Below are positions 8,240 through 16,300 of a stretch of 41,003 nucleotides of DNA, piece after piece. The position numbers and the translations under genes are program-made. The stretch spans positions 1 through 41,003 of the forward strand of contig JBBQXJ010000040.1 in NCBI GenBank assembly GCA_038209745.1, read 5' to 3'. Numbering within the stretch: the stretch's first letter is position 1; each line of letters starts with the position of its first letter. This stretch comes from Verrucomicrobiota bacterium (lineage in GTDB: Bacteria > Verrucomicrobiota > Verrucomicrobiia > Limisphaerales > CANJSG01). The notes beneath the pieces are model-generated. The model worked only from the letters and a program-made list of their open reading frames with translations, was not told the origin of the DNA and searched no databases.

Positions 8240-9937
8240 GTGAAGGGCGCGCGGTTTGACGCGCCCAAAGGAGGGGGAATGGCACGGGGATTTGAGACAG
8301 GAACACACGGGGAAACGAGACAGGACACTACGGTGATTCGGGGCAGGAAATGCAGGGAACCGGGACAGGGCACTACAGGGAAACGAAACAGGGTTTACCG
8401 TGATTCGGGACAGGAATATCCGTGCAACCCCTCGGATCCATTGGGGAATCCCGACCATAACTTCAAACTCTGTTCAATAACCTATAAAGAACAACAACAG
8501 GACGGTTGTCGTTCTTCTTCATCGCTGGAAGAGGGGAAGGATGAACTGAACTTGGCCGAGTTTCCACTGACCGCCTTGTCCGACCGCGTCGGTCCTGGCC
8601 AGACCTCGCTGCTCTTCGAGGACCGCGTCTGGGACCAGAGCCGAGGTCAGATGGTCACCCGCAAACTCCGCGTCGCCGCCTCCGACAAGTATGGCTTGCC
8701 CACGGCCAAGGACGACGAGGTCGTGCTCGGACTCGTGCAGCTCTCCAAGCTCCACCACTTCGCCGACCGCCGGGTGCCGTTCACCCGCTACCAGCTGATC
8801 CAGATCCTCGGCTGGCGGCACGAGGGCAAGAGCTACGCCCGGCTGGAGGAGTCGCTCCACCGCTGGGTCGGCGTCACCCTCTACTACGAAAACGCCTGGT
8901 GGGACCGCGAGGAACGGAGCTGGGTCGACGAGGCCTTCCACATCCTCGACAACGTCACCCTCTACGACCGTGAACGCATCGCACGACGAAGGGCGATGGT
9001 GCAGGACGCGTTGCCCTTGTCGCACTTCACCTGGAACGACGTGCTCTTCCGCAGCTTCCGCGCCGGCAACCCCAAGAGCCTCGACTTCGAGTTCTTCAAG
9101 GGCCTGCACAGCGCCATCGCCAAACGGCTCTACCGCTTCCTCGACAAACGCTTCTTCCATCGCCGCCGCTGGGAGTTCGACCTGCGCGAACTCTGCTGGG
9201 AACACGTCGGCCTGTCCCGGAACTACGCCGATGCGGCCAACCTCAAACGCAAGCTGCTCCCGGCGATCACGGAGCTGGAGGAGCAGGGCTTCTTGAAGGC
9301 GGACTCGGAACGGTTTTCCAAAGTGTCGTCGGGCCAATGGCGCGTGGTCTTTGAGAAGGGGAGGGCTGCGGCTGCGGCGAAAGAAGCCATCGAACAGAAG
9401 TCGCCGTTGTGCCGAGCATTGCTGGAGCGGGGTGTCAGCCCGAGCACGGCGGAGCGTCTGTTGACCGCCCACAGCGAGGAAGCGATCCAACACCACCTGG
9501 AAGTCTTCGACTGGCTGGTGTCCCACCGTGACCCCAAAGTCTCGCGCAACGCCCCCGGCTTCCTCGTCAGCTCCATCCAGGGCGACTACGCCGCGCCCCA
9601 GGGGTTCTCCGGACAGGCCGAGAATGAACTGCGTCAGACCCAAACCAAGGAACGGAAGCAACGGGAAGACGAGAAACGTCGAATCGCTTCCGAGCAAAGG
9701 GAAGTCCTGGAGCAATCCCAGTCCGAAGCCATCGCCCAGTTCTGGGCCTCGTTGTCGGATGAAGAACGCCAACGCCTCGAAACCAAGGCGCTGGAGGCCG
9801 CCACGCCGCTCCAGCGCGATTTGATCGAGCGGGGAGGGGCTTTTGCCAGGGCCACGCGACAATCTCTTCTGGACGCCTCTGCGCTGAAGCATAGGGGGAC
9901 AAATCGGACGTGCGGCGAGGGCCGGCTTGCGGATTAG
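8240..9937 (+). CDS. Plasmid replication initiator protein (RepA/RPA-like)
   Basis: GKDELNLAEFP, GLPTAKDDEV, AIAKRLYRFLDKRF motifs. The true start is probably ~8546-8552 because the first ~100 codons run through the iterons. Confidence 0.85.
   Translation: MKGARFDAPKGGGMARGFETGTHGETRQDTTVIRGRKCREPGQGTTGKRNRVYRDSGQEYPCNPSDPLGNPDHNFKLCSITYKEQQQDGCRSSSSLEEGKDELNLAEFPLTALSDRVGPGQTSLLFEDRVWDQSRGQMVTRKLRVAASDKYGLPTAKDDEVVLGLVQLSKLHHFADRRVPFTRYQLIQILGWRHEGKSYARLEESLHRWVGVTLYYENAWWDREERSWVDEAFHILDNVTLYDRERIARRRAMVQDALPLSHFTWNDVLFRSFRAGNPKSLDFEFFKGLHSAIAKRLYRFLDKRFFHRRRWEFDLRELCWEHVGLSRNYADAANLKRKLLPAITELEEQGFLKADSERFSKVSSGQWRVVFEKGRAAAAAKEAIEQKSPLCRALLERGVSPSTAERLLTAHSEEAIQHHLEVFDWLVSHRDPKVSRNAPGFLVSSIQGDYAAPQGFSGQAENELRQTQTKERKQREDEKRRIASEQREVLEQSQSEAIAQFWASLSDEERQRLETKALEAATPLQRDLIERGGAFARATRQSLLDASALKHRGTNRTCGEGRLAD
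8285..8419 (+). repeat. Six tandem 22-23 bp iteron-like repeats (putative oriV)
   Basis: Units at 8285, 8308, 8331, 8353, 8376, 8398 with core C-x-G-K-GA-x-x-Y-G-R-R-R-CAGG; AT-rich tract at ~8456-8500; directly upstream of the Rep domain. Confidence 0.85.
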
Positions 9938-9943
9938 GCCCGA

Positions 9944-10210
9944 TCAATGGCCGTGGCTCTGGCCCTTGTCCTTCGATGGCCCCTGGGTCTTGGGCTTCTG
10001 TTCCTTCGGCCCTTCCGCCTTCTGGGTAGGGCTTTGGGAGGCACCGGGCTGCTGGCTCTGCTCGACGCCTTGGCGCAGGGCCTCGCGGATCCGGGCCATC
10101 CGCTCGGGTCCCAAAGGCCGGGTTTGTTCCACGCTCTGGCGCAGCTTCTGCCCCAACCGCTGGAGCAGTTCTTCGGGTGACTTGTCGTTGCGCGGAGGCA
10201 TGGGAGGCAA
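9944..10210 (-). CDS. Small hypothetical protein, candidate anti-sigma/partner of the ECF sigma factor
   Basis: 3 nt downstream of the sigma gene; amphipathic helical N-terminus, Q/K-rich tail. Confidence 0.6.
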   Translation of the reverse strand: MPPMPPRNDKSPEELLQRLGQKLRQSVEQTRPLGPERMARIREALRQGVEQSQQPGASQSPTQKAEGPKEQKPKTQGPSKDKGQSHGH

Positions 10211-10213
10211 AGG

Positions 10214-10786
10214 TCAGGCGGGCAGATCTTCCAGAATCACCCGGGCGCGGTCGAGACAGCGTTGGATGGCGACCCGGACCGCGTCATAGCTCTGGGCCAT
10301 CGAGTCTGCCAGTTCCCCGATGGGCTTTTCTTCGACGAAGCGGCTCCATAGTAGAACCCGGCATTTGTCGCTCAACCTTTTCAGCAGTTCCATCGCCAGG
10401 CTCAGTTCGTCCTGTTCCCACCGGGCCAGTCCTTCGGAGACGCCCGAGGCTTCGATCCAGTGTTCCCATTGTTCTTCGGTCAACAGGAGCGGCGTGGTTT
10501 TCCGGCCCTTCTTTTCGTAGTAGTCGGCCACGGTGTTGCGGGCGATGCCGTGGCACCAGCGGATGAACCGCTCGGTTTCGACCATGGGGGCCCCAGGCAG
10601 CGCCATCGCGATATTGATCAGGATCTCTTGGACCACATCGTCCACGTCGGACGCCGGACAGCGGCTGCCGACGTAGACCTCCATGCGGGAGTAGATGGAC
10701 ACGATGATGGACTCTCCGACCCGCACCCGGTTCTCGGGATAGGTCATCGCGGCGTAGCGCCCGAGCTGTTGTTCCAGCGAGTCCAT
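10214..10786 (-). CDS. ECF-type RNA polymerase sigma factor
   Basis: Region 2 DVDDVVQE..FIRWCHGIARNTVADYY; region 4 LSDKCR..EKPIGELA..AVRVAIQR. Confidence 0.88.
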   Translation of the reverse strand: MDSLEQQLGRYAAMTYPENRVRVGESIIVSIYSRMEVYVGSRCPASDVDDVVQEILINIAMALPGAPMVETERFIRWCHGIARNTVADYYEKKGRKTTPLLLTEEQWEHWIEASGVSEGLARWEQDELSLAMELLKRLSDKCRVLLWSRFVEEKPIGELADSMAQSYDAVRVAIQRCLDRARVILEDLPA

Positions 10787-10929
10787 CGGCGACGGACGCT
10801 ATCCGCCGACGAGGGAAAGACAACTCCCCGGGAAGGAATGTGAAACTATGTTGTTCGGTTTTTGGGCCAGGTCCGGACGTGGGAGCTGACGGGAAGTTGG
10901 CCCATGGTGGGCCGCTCCCGGAACGAACC

Positions 10930-11229
10930 ATGAGTGATGACCAACGTGCCTTCTTTGCAATCTACCAGGCCCCGCCGGCCCGCCTCACCGTCGAGCAGGT
11001 CGCCTGGGCCTTGAACGTCCAACCACACGACGTGCCGGTGCTCGTGGCCCATCGTCTCCTCAAACCACTTGGCAATCCCGCCCCCAACGCGGTGAAGTAT
11101 TACGCTTCGTCCACCGTGTTCGCCCACGCCCGCGACGAGGCGTGGCTTTCCAAGGCCACCCGCGCGCTCTACGAGCACTGGCAACTGAAGAACGCCAAGC
11201 GGTCCGATCCGCGAGGAGGCCGTCCGTGA
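10930..11229 (+). CDS. Excisionase-like HTH DNA-binding protein
   Basis: PARLTVEQVAWALNVQPHDVPVLV..LLKP, an AlpA/Xis-like winged HTH pattern; near the integrase. Confidence 0.6.
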   Translation: MSDDQRAFFAIYQAPPARLTVEQVAWALNVQPHDVPVLVAHRLLKPLGNPAPNAVKYYASSTVFAHARDEAWLSKATRALYEHWQLKNAKRSDPRGGRP

Positions 11230-11702
11230 AGCAGGCGACGGAGCGGCTGGCCGCCTGCTTCTCCTCGGCCACCGACGAATGGCCCACGCCCCGCCCGCTC
11301 TTCGACGGGCTCGATGCCGAGTTCGGCTTTACGCTGGACCCCTGCGCCACGGTGAAGAACGCGAAGTGCCGCCGATTCTTCAGCCGGACGGACGACGGTC
11401 TTGTCCAGGACTGGGCGGGCGAGACGGTTTTCATGAACCCGCCCTATGGCCGGGCCATCGGCCAATGGGTGGCCAAAGCCCATGAAACCTCGCTCACGGG
11501 CTCGACCGTAGTCTGCCTGCTGCCCGCCCGGACCGACGTCGCCTGGTGGCATCGGTTCGTCCTGCGGGCGGCGGAAATCCGCTTCCTCAAAGGCCGCGTC
11601 ACCTTCGAGGGCGGGAAATACGCCGCGCCGTTTCCCTCGGCCATCGTCGTGTTCCGGCCCGAGAGGCCGGTGTTTATTTCGATCGATGCCGTCAAAGGCT
11701 GA
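11226..11702 (+). CDS. Phage-type DNA N6-adenine methyltransferase
   Basis: DEWPTP, FTLDPCA, VFMNPPYG, LLPARTD, IRFLKGR, APFPS; GTGA overlap with the upstream gene. Confidence 0.92.
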   Translation: MKQATERLAACFSSATDEWPTPRPLFDGLDAEFGFTLDPCATVKNAKCRRFFSRTDDGLVQDWAGETVFMNPPYGRAIGQWVAKAHETSLTGSTVVCLLPARTDVAWWHRFVLRAAEIRFLKGRVTFEGGKYAAPFPSAIVVFRPERPVFISIDAVKG

Positions 11703-11789
11703 CCGTCTTCGCCAGTGCTCCCGGAAGAAGGTTCCGGAAACGTTCCTGCAACGTTCGAACTTCAGGTCCCGGCGAGACCGGTTCTAGTG

Positions 11790-12812
11790 TCAGGCGGTTC
11801 TGGGGAATTTGCCCCAGGATTGGTTTCCGCTCTCGAACTCCTCCAAGGACGGCAGATCCACGCGGGCTTTTTTGGCGTAAGCACGATGGACCGCCTTGCT
11901 GTTGTGGCCCAGGGCCTCTTGGGCGAATCGTTCCGGATAGCCCACCGTGCGGGCGCGCTCAGCCCAGGCATACCGATAGGAGTGCAGCGAGATTCCCCGG
12001 ATCTTCAGCCGGCGACAGATCGACTGGAAATAACTGCAACGGGTTTTTTCTGAGACGGCGGCCAGCGTCGGGAGAAGGAATCCAGTCTTCGGAAGTCCCC
12101 GCAAAACGGCCGCAAGTCCCTCCCCGAAATGGACGATCTGGGCGACGTTCGTCTTCTGCCGGAAAAAGCTGACGACCTTTTCGTTCCAATCGACATCGGA
12201 GGCCTTCAACCGCGCCACGTCGCCCTGCGCTCCGCCGAGATGCCAGCACAGCTCGTAGAAGGCACGGCGTTCCGGATTGTGTTCCCGGGCCACGAGGTCC
12301 GCATGTTCCGCGCGGGTGACCGCGCGCTTCTCGCCGAACCGGACGGGCGGCCAGAGTTTCTTCGGCAGAACGGGCCAGGGGAGCCAGTTCATCCCGAGGG
12401 CGAAGTTGTGGAGGCGCCGCAGATAGATGTTGGTCGAGGTGGAACCGTGGCGGAGCACCCGGACAAACTGCTCGGATCGGGTTTCGACCACCATGAGCTT
12501 GCGCAACGGATCGAAGGCCGCCTCGTCCATTCCTCTCTGGCAACGGGGCCGGTTCTTCTCGGCCTTGCTCAGGACGAATTCATGCATCACGTCCTGCCAC
12601 GTGCGCAGGGCGATTTTTTCATCCGAAGCCGCCAGATAGGTCTGGGCGATGCGCAGGTTGAGGCAGGGCTGACGCACGGCTTCGTTGGCCGCATGGATCA
12701 GGGAGCCGGCCTCGGACTGGTCGCGGGTTCGCAGACTGGCCTGCTTGCCCGTGAGGCTGTCCTGCGAGTAGTAGACCGGGCCTCGCCGGAAAAGGGTGAA
12801 CCGTGGTTTCAT
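11790..12812 (-). CDS. Tyrosine-type integrase
   Basis: LHSYR, ALGH, HRAY and RQKT motifs; adjacent to the tRNA 3' end; box I Arg appears replaced. Confidence 0.9.
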   Translation of the reverse strand: MKPRFTLFRRGPVYYSQDSLTGKQASLRTRDQSEAGSLIHAANEAVRQPCLNLRIAQTYLAASDEKIALRTWQDVMHEFVLSKAEKNRPRCQRGMDEAAFDPLRKLMVVETRSEQFVRVLRHGSTSTNIYLRRLHNFALGMNWLPWPVLPKKLWPPVRFGEKRAVTRAEHADLVAREHNPERRAFYELCWHLGGAQGDVARLKASDVDWNEKVVSFFRQKTNVAQIVHFGEGLAAVLRGLPKTGFLLPTLAAVSEKTRCSYFQSICRRLKIRGISLHSYRYAWAERARTVGYPERFAQEALGHNSKAVHRAYAKKARVDLPSLEEFESGNQSWGKFPRTA

Positions 12813-13001
12813 GGGCTGTCTTTCTGGTCGAAGAGCTAACCAGACCGACGGCCCGCACGGTTAACGTGCAGTCGGCGAGCAGACAGGGAGGGGTCCAAGA
12901 GTCCGGGGAGGGGAGTTCCCTGGCCGGCGCATCCACTGGCATTTCCACTGACAGTCGCCGATCCCGCTTCTGCAATCCTCTCCAAATCAATTGGATGGAA
13001 G

Positions 13002-13077
13002 TGGTGGCTGAGGCCGGAATCGAACCGGCGACACGCGGATTTTCAATCCGCTGCTCTACCAACTGAGCTACCCAGCC
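13002..13077 (-). tRNA. tRNA-Phe (GAA)
   Basis: GGCTGGGTAGCTCAGTTGGTAGAGCAGCGGATTGAAAATCCGCGTGTCGCCGGTTCGATTCCGGCCTCAGCCACCA; full cloverleaf, encoded CCA. Confidence 0.97.
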
Positions 13078-13173
13078 TTACGGGGAGGCGAATTGAAGGA
13101 AATCACCCTTGGTCTGGCAAGGTTCAAATTTGGATTTTTCTAATATTGTCGTTCATCGGAAATGATCGGGTGG

Positions 13174-13209
13174 AAAAGAAAGGGCCGCCCAGGTTTGGGC
13201 GGCCCTTTT
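13174..13209 (-). terminator. Intrinsic terminator after xylA (bidirectional-looking)
   Basis: AAAGGGCCGCCCA-GGTT-TGGGCGGCCCTTT hairpin with A/T runs on both sides. Confidence 0.85.
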
Positions 13210-13239
13210 GGAGACGTTGTTCGCGATGGTGTCTGGCGA

Positions 13240-14553
13240 TCAGATGAACTCGTTGATGATCGATTCGAGATGTTCCTGGCGACCGGAGGTCAGTCCCTTC
13301 ACTTCGCCGATCTTCAGCGCGTGTTTTTCGCAGTCGGTGAAGCTGGCCTTGCCGGCCTCGATCCTCGCTCCGATACCGCCGTCCCAACTGCTGTAGCGCT
13401 GCTTCACGAAGTCGCCGATGCGGCCGTCCTTGCGGATGGCGGCGGCGGCTTTCAAACCACGGGCGAAGGCATCCATGCCGGCAATGTGGGCGAGGAACAG
13501 ATCGTCCAGCTCGAAGCTTTCCCGGCGGACCTTGGCGTCGAAATTCACGCCGCCGTGGGTGAGGCCGCCATACTTCAGCACGCGGAGCATGGTCTGGGTC
13601 GTGAGGTAGAGGTCGGTGGGGAACTGGTCGGTGTCCCAGCCGAGGAAGTAGTCGCCCATGTTGGCGTCGATGGAGCCCAGCACGCCGGCCGCACCGGCGA
13701 CTTCCATCTCGTGCTCCATGCTCTTGCCGGCGAGCCAGGCATGGTTCACTTCGAGGTTCAACTGGAAGTGTTCGAGCAGGCCGTATTCGCGGAGGAAGTT
13801 CAGGCACGCGGCGGCGTCGGAGTCGTATTGGTGCTTGGTGGGTTCCTTCGGCTTGGGCTCGATGAAGAACGGTCCCTTCATGCCGATCTTTTTCTTGTAG
13901 TCGACGGCCATGTGCATGAAGCGGCCGAGATGGTCCATCTCGCGCTTCATGTCGGTGTTGAGCAGCGTGGAATAGCCTTCGCGGCCGCCCCAGAAGACGT
14001 AGCCCGCGCCGTCGAGTTCCTGGGTCCATTCCATCGCCTTCTTCACCTGGGCGGCGGCATAGCAGAAGACGTCGGCGTTGCAGCTCGTGGCGGCGCCGTG
14101 CATGTAGCGCGGATGGACGAAGTTCTGGGCGGTGCCCCAGAGCAGCTTGATGCCTGTGTCCTTCTGGAGCTTCTTCAGCTCCTTCGCGACGGTGTCGAAG
14201 TTCTTGTTCGACTCGGTCAACGTCTTGCCGTGCGGAGCGACGTCGCGGTCGTGCCAGCAGTAGAAGGGCGCGCCGATCTTGCCGGTGAACTCGAACATGG
14301 CGCGGGCGCGTTGGATGGCGTCCTTGACCGTGCCTTCGCCGGTCTGCCACGGCCGGTTGGCCGTGCCCCAGCCGAACATGTCGCCGCCATTGCCTCGCAT
14401 GGTGTGCCAGTAGACCACCGCGAAGCGCATGTGCTCCTGCATGGACTTGCCTTCGACGAGTTCGGTGGCGTCGTAGTGCTTGAACGCGAGCGGATTCTTG
14501 GAGTCCGAGCCTTCAAATTTGATCGCTGGGATCTTCGGAAAAAATTGGGCCAT
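13240..14553 (-). CDS. xylA: Xylose isomerase (class II)
   Basis: [48 protein letters not shown]. Confidence 0.98.
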   Translation of the reverse strand: MAQFFPKIPAIKFEGSDSKNPLAFKHYDATELVEGKSMQEHMRFAVVYWHTMRGNGGDMFGWGTANRPWQTGEGTVKDAIQRARAMFEFTGKIGAPFYCWHDRDVAPHGKTLTESNKNFDTVAKELKKLQKDTGIKLLWGTAQNFVHPRYMHGAATSCNADVFCYAAAQVKKAMEWTQELDGAGYVFWGGREGYSTLLNTDMKREMDHLGRFMHMAVDYKKKIGMKGPFFIEPKPKEPTKHQYDSDAAACLNFLREYGLLEHFQLNLEVNHAWLAGKSMEHEMEVAGAAGVLGSIDANMGDYFLGWDTDQFPTDLYLTTQTMLRVLKYGGLTHGGVNFDAKVRRESFELDDLFLAHIAGMDAFARGLKAAAAIRKDGRIGDFVKQRYSSWDGGIGARIEAGKASFTDCEKHALKIGEVKGLTSGRQEHLESIINEFI

Positions 14554-14783
14554 ATCGGTATCTTGGATTGTGGAAACGGTCCATGAGCAGACGGCATCCG
14601 ATTGGGCGGTGCAAGTGTGGAATCACCTGTAAACAGGGGTAAAAGCAACGGATCCGGGTGATGCGAAATCTCAAACGATGCCCCGGTGGAAGGCGGTTCG
14701 CGGGTCCCGTTCTTCGAGGATTTGCCCGAGGATTCTTCGGCCATGGTTGAACCATGGATGGGCGTCGGCGAGACTCAGGACCG

Positions 14784-15506
14784 ATGGCGAACAAGTTCTA
14801 CGAAGCCGGTGCGGAGAGGGCGGAGCGGGTCAACGACCTGTTCGCCGCCGTCGCGCCGCGCTACGACCTCATCAACGACCTCCAGAGCCTCGGCCTGCAT
14901 CGGTGGTGGAAGCGCCGCTTGGTGCGCTTGGCGCAAGTCTCACCGGGTTCCCGGGCCTTGGACCTTTGCTGCGGCACGGGTGACGTCTCCTTCGCCTTGG
15001 AGACGGCGGGCGCGGAGGTGACGGGTTTGGATTTCAGCGCGCCGATGTTGGCCGTCGCCCGGCGCAGGGCGAGCCGGCGATCGTCCGGTCCGGGTCCTGA
15101 ATTCGTCCAAGGCGACGCCATGGCGTTGCCGTTTCCGGATGCGAGCTTCGACGTCGTGACCGTCAGCTATGGTCTGCGCAATCTCTCCGACTGGAGCACG
15201 GGATTGACCGAGATGTTCCGTGTGGCCAAGCCGGGAGGACGGGTGTTGGTCCTCGATTTTGGCAAGCCGGACGATCCGTGGCTGCGGGCGGCCTACTTTT
15301 TCTATTTGAAGCGATTCGTGCCGATTTTCGGGAAGCTTTTTTGCGGCGACGGCGAGACGCACGCCTACATCCTTGAGTCGCTCCACCACTATCCCGCGCA
15401 ACGCGGCGTGGAGGCGGCGATGCTCGGCTTGGACGCCCGCGCGGTCCGGGTCGTGAATCTTCTCGGTGGGGTAATGAGCCTCAATCTGGGTGTGAAACCC
15501 TATTGA
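14784..15506 (+). CDS. ubiE: Ubiquinone/menaquinone biosynthesis methyltransferase
   Basis: YDLINDLQSLGLHRWWK, LDLCCGTGD, YGLRN, KPGGR. Confidence 0.9.
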   Translation: MANKFYEAGAERAERVNDLFAAVAPRYDLINDLQSLGLHRWWKRRLVRLAQVSPGSRALDLCCGTGDVSFALETAGAEVTGLDFSAPMLAVARRRASRRSSGPGPEFVQGDAMALPFPDASFDVVTVSYGLRNLSDWSTGLTEMFRVAKPGGRVLVLDFGKPDDPWLRAAYFFYLKRFVPIFGKLFCGDGETHAYILESLHHYPAQRGVEAAMLGLDARAVRVVNLLGGVMSLNLGVKPY

Positions 15507-15515
15507 GGCGGCGGT

Positions 15516-16223
15516 TCACCGGAGCAGCCAGGTGAAGAGAGGACCAAGGACCAAGCCTGGGAGATAGTTCGCCAGCTCGACTTTCTTGAACTCGAAGATG
15601 ATCAGCGCGGAGATGGTGACGAGCAGGCCGCAGCAGGCTCCGAGGGAGTCCAACAGCGCATGGTCGCGCAACCAGGGCGCCAGCGTGGCGGAACCCAGAC
15701 TGAGGGTTCCTTGCCAAGCCAGGACCGGCAGGGCCGCCGCCGCAATGCCCCATCGAAACTTAGCGGCCAGGCTGAACGCCGCGACGCCGTCCATCACCGC
15801 CTTGGCCACGAGCGGCCAGAAGTAGCCGAGCGACCCCTCGGCCACGGCTCCGGCAATGCCCAGCGGATTGGCGCTGAGGACCAGGGCACAGGCCACGAAC
15901 CCGTCCGAAAATCCGGGCTTGGATCCGCCGAGCAATTTGCCGGCGTAGCGGCCAATGGCGTTGGAGCCCCGCTGCAGTCCGATCCACTTGCCCAGAATCG
16001 CGCCGACGACCATGGCGGCGACGGCGAGGGTGAACTGCTTGAGGAACTGGCCGAACGAGCCGTTGAGGCTGAGCCAGAGAAGCCGCAGACCGACGAAGAA
16101 AGTGGCGCCACCGAGGAAGACCTTGATGCGGAGCTCGGCCATCCGCGAGATCGAGCCCGGCCTGAACTGCCCGGCCAGTCCGCACACCAGCACCGCCGCC
16201 GCGTTGAGAATCGTTCCGATCAC
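15516..16223 (-). CDS. DUF554 (YdfK-like) membrane protein
   Basis: MIGTILNAAAV, KAVMDG, ANYLPGL; multiple hydrophobic helices. Confidence 0.85.
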   Translation of the reverse strand: MIGTILNAAAVLVCGLAGQFRPGSISRMAELRIKVFLGGATFFVGLRLLWLSLNGSFGQFLKQFTLAVAAMVVGAILGKWIGLQRGSNAIGRYAGKLLGGSKPGFSDGFVACALVLSANPLGIAGAVAEGSLGYFWPLVAKAVMDGVAAFSLAAKFRWGIAAAALPVLAWQGTLSLGSATLAPWLRDHALLDSLGACCGLLVTISALIIFEFKKVELANYLPGLVLGPLFTWLLR

Positions 16224-16300
16224 GGGCGCAACTCAACGGCATGGGGACCGGGCCGCCAAGTCCCGACGCATCATCGGGCGGTCATTTCGCGATTGTCGTT

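Larger units (their letters stand above)
1..13001. mobile_element. Integrated plasmid-like/integrative element at the tRNA-Phe 3' end (left boundary outside the window)
   Basis: Integrase lies directly downstream of the tRNA 3' end. The region contains Rep plus iterons, ParA, a TA pair, two orphan MTases, SRAP, an excisionase-like HTH and a second tyrosine recombinase. Housekeeping genes resume beyond the tRNA. Confidence 0.88.

Noticed and set aside
8285..8419. Possible CRISPR array
   Set aside because: Units are contiguous, degenerate 22-23 bp repeats with no unique spacers and no cas genes; they fit iterons
1..13001. Prophage
   Set aside because: No capsid, terminase, tail or lysis genes visible in this part; Rep/iteron/ParA point to a plasmid-like element
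13162..14586. 474 aa plus-strand ORF and similar long antisense/alternate-frame ORFs across the window
   Set aside because: They overlap well-supported genes and have Arg/Gly/Pro-rich non-protein-like composition
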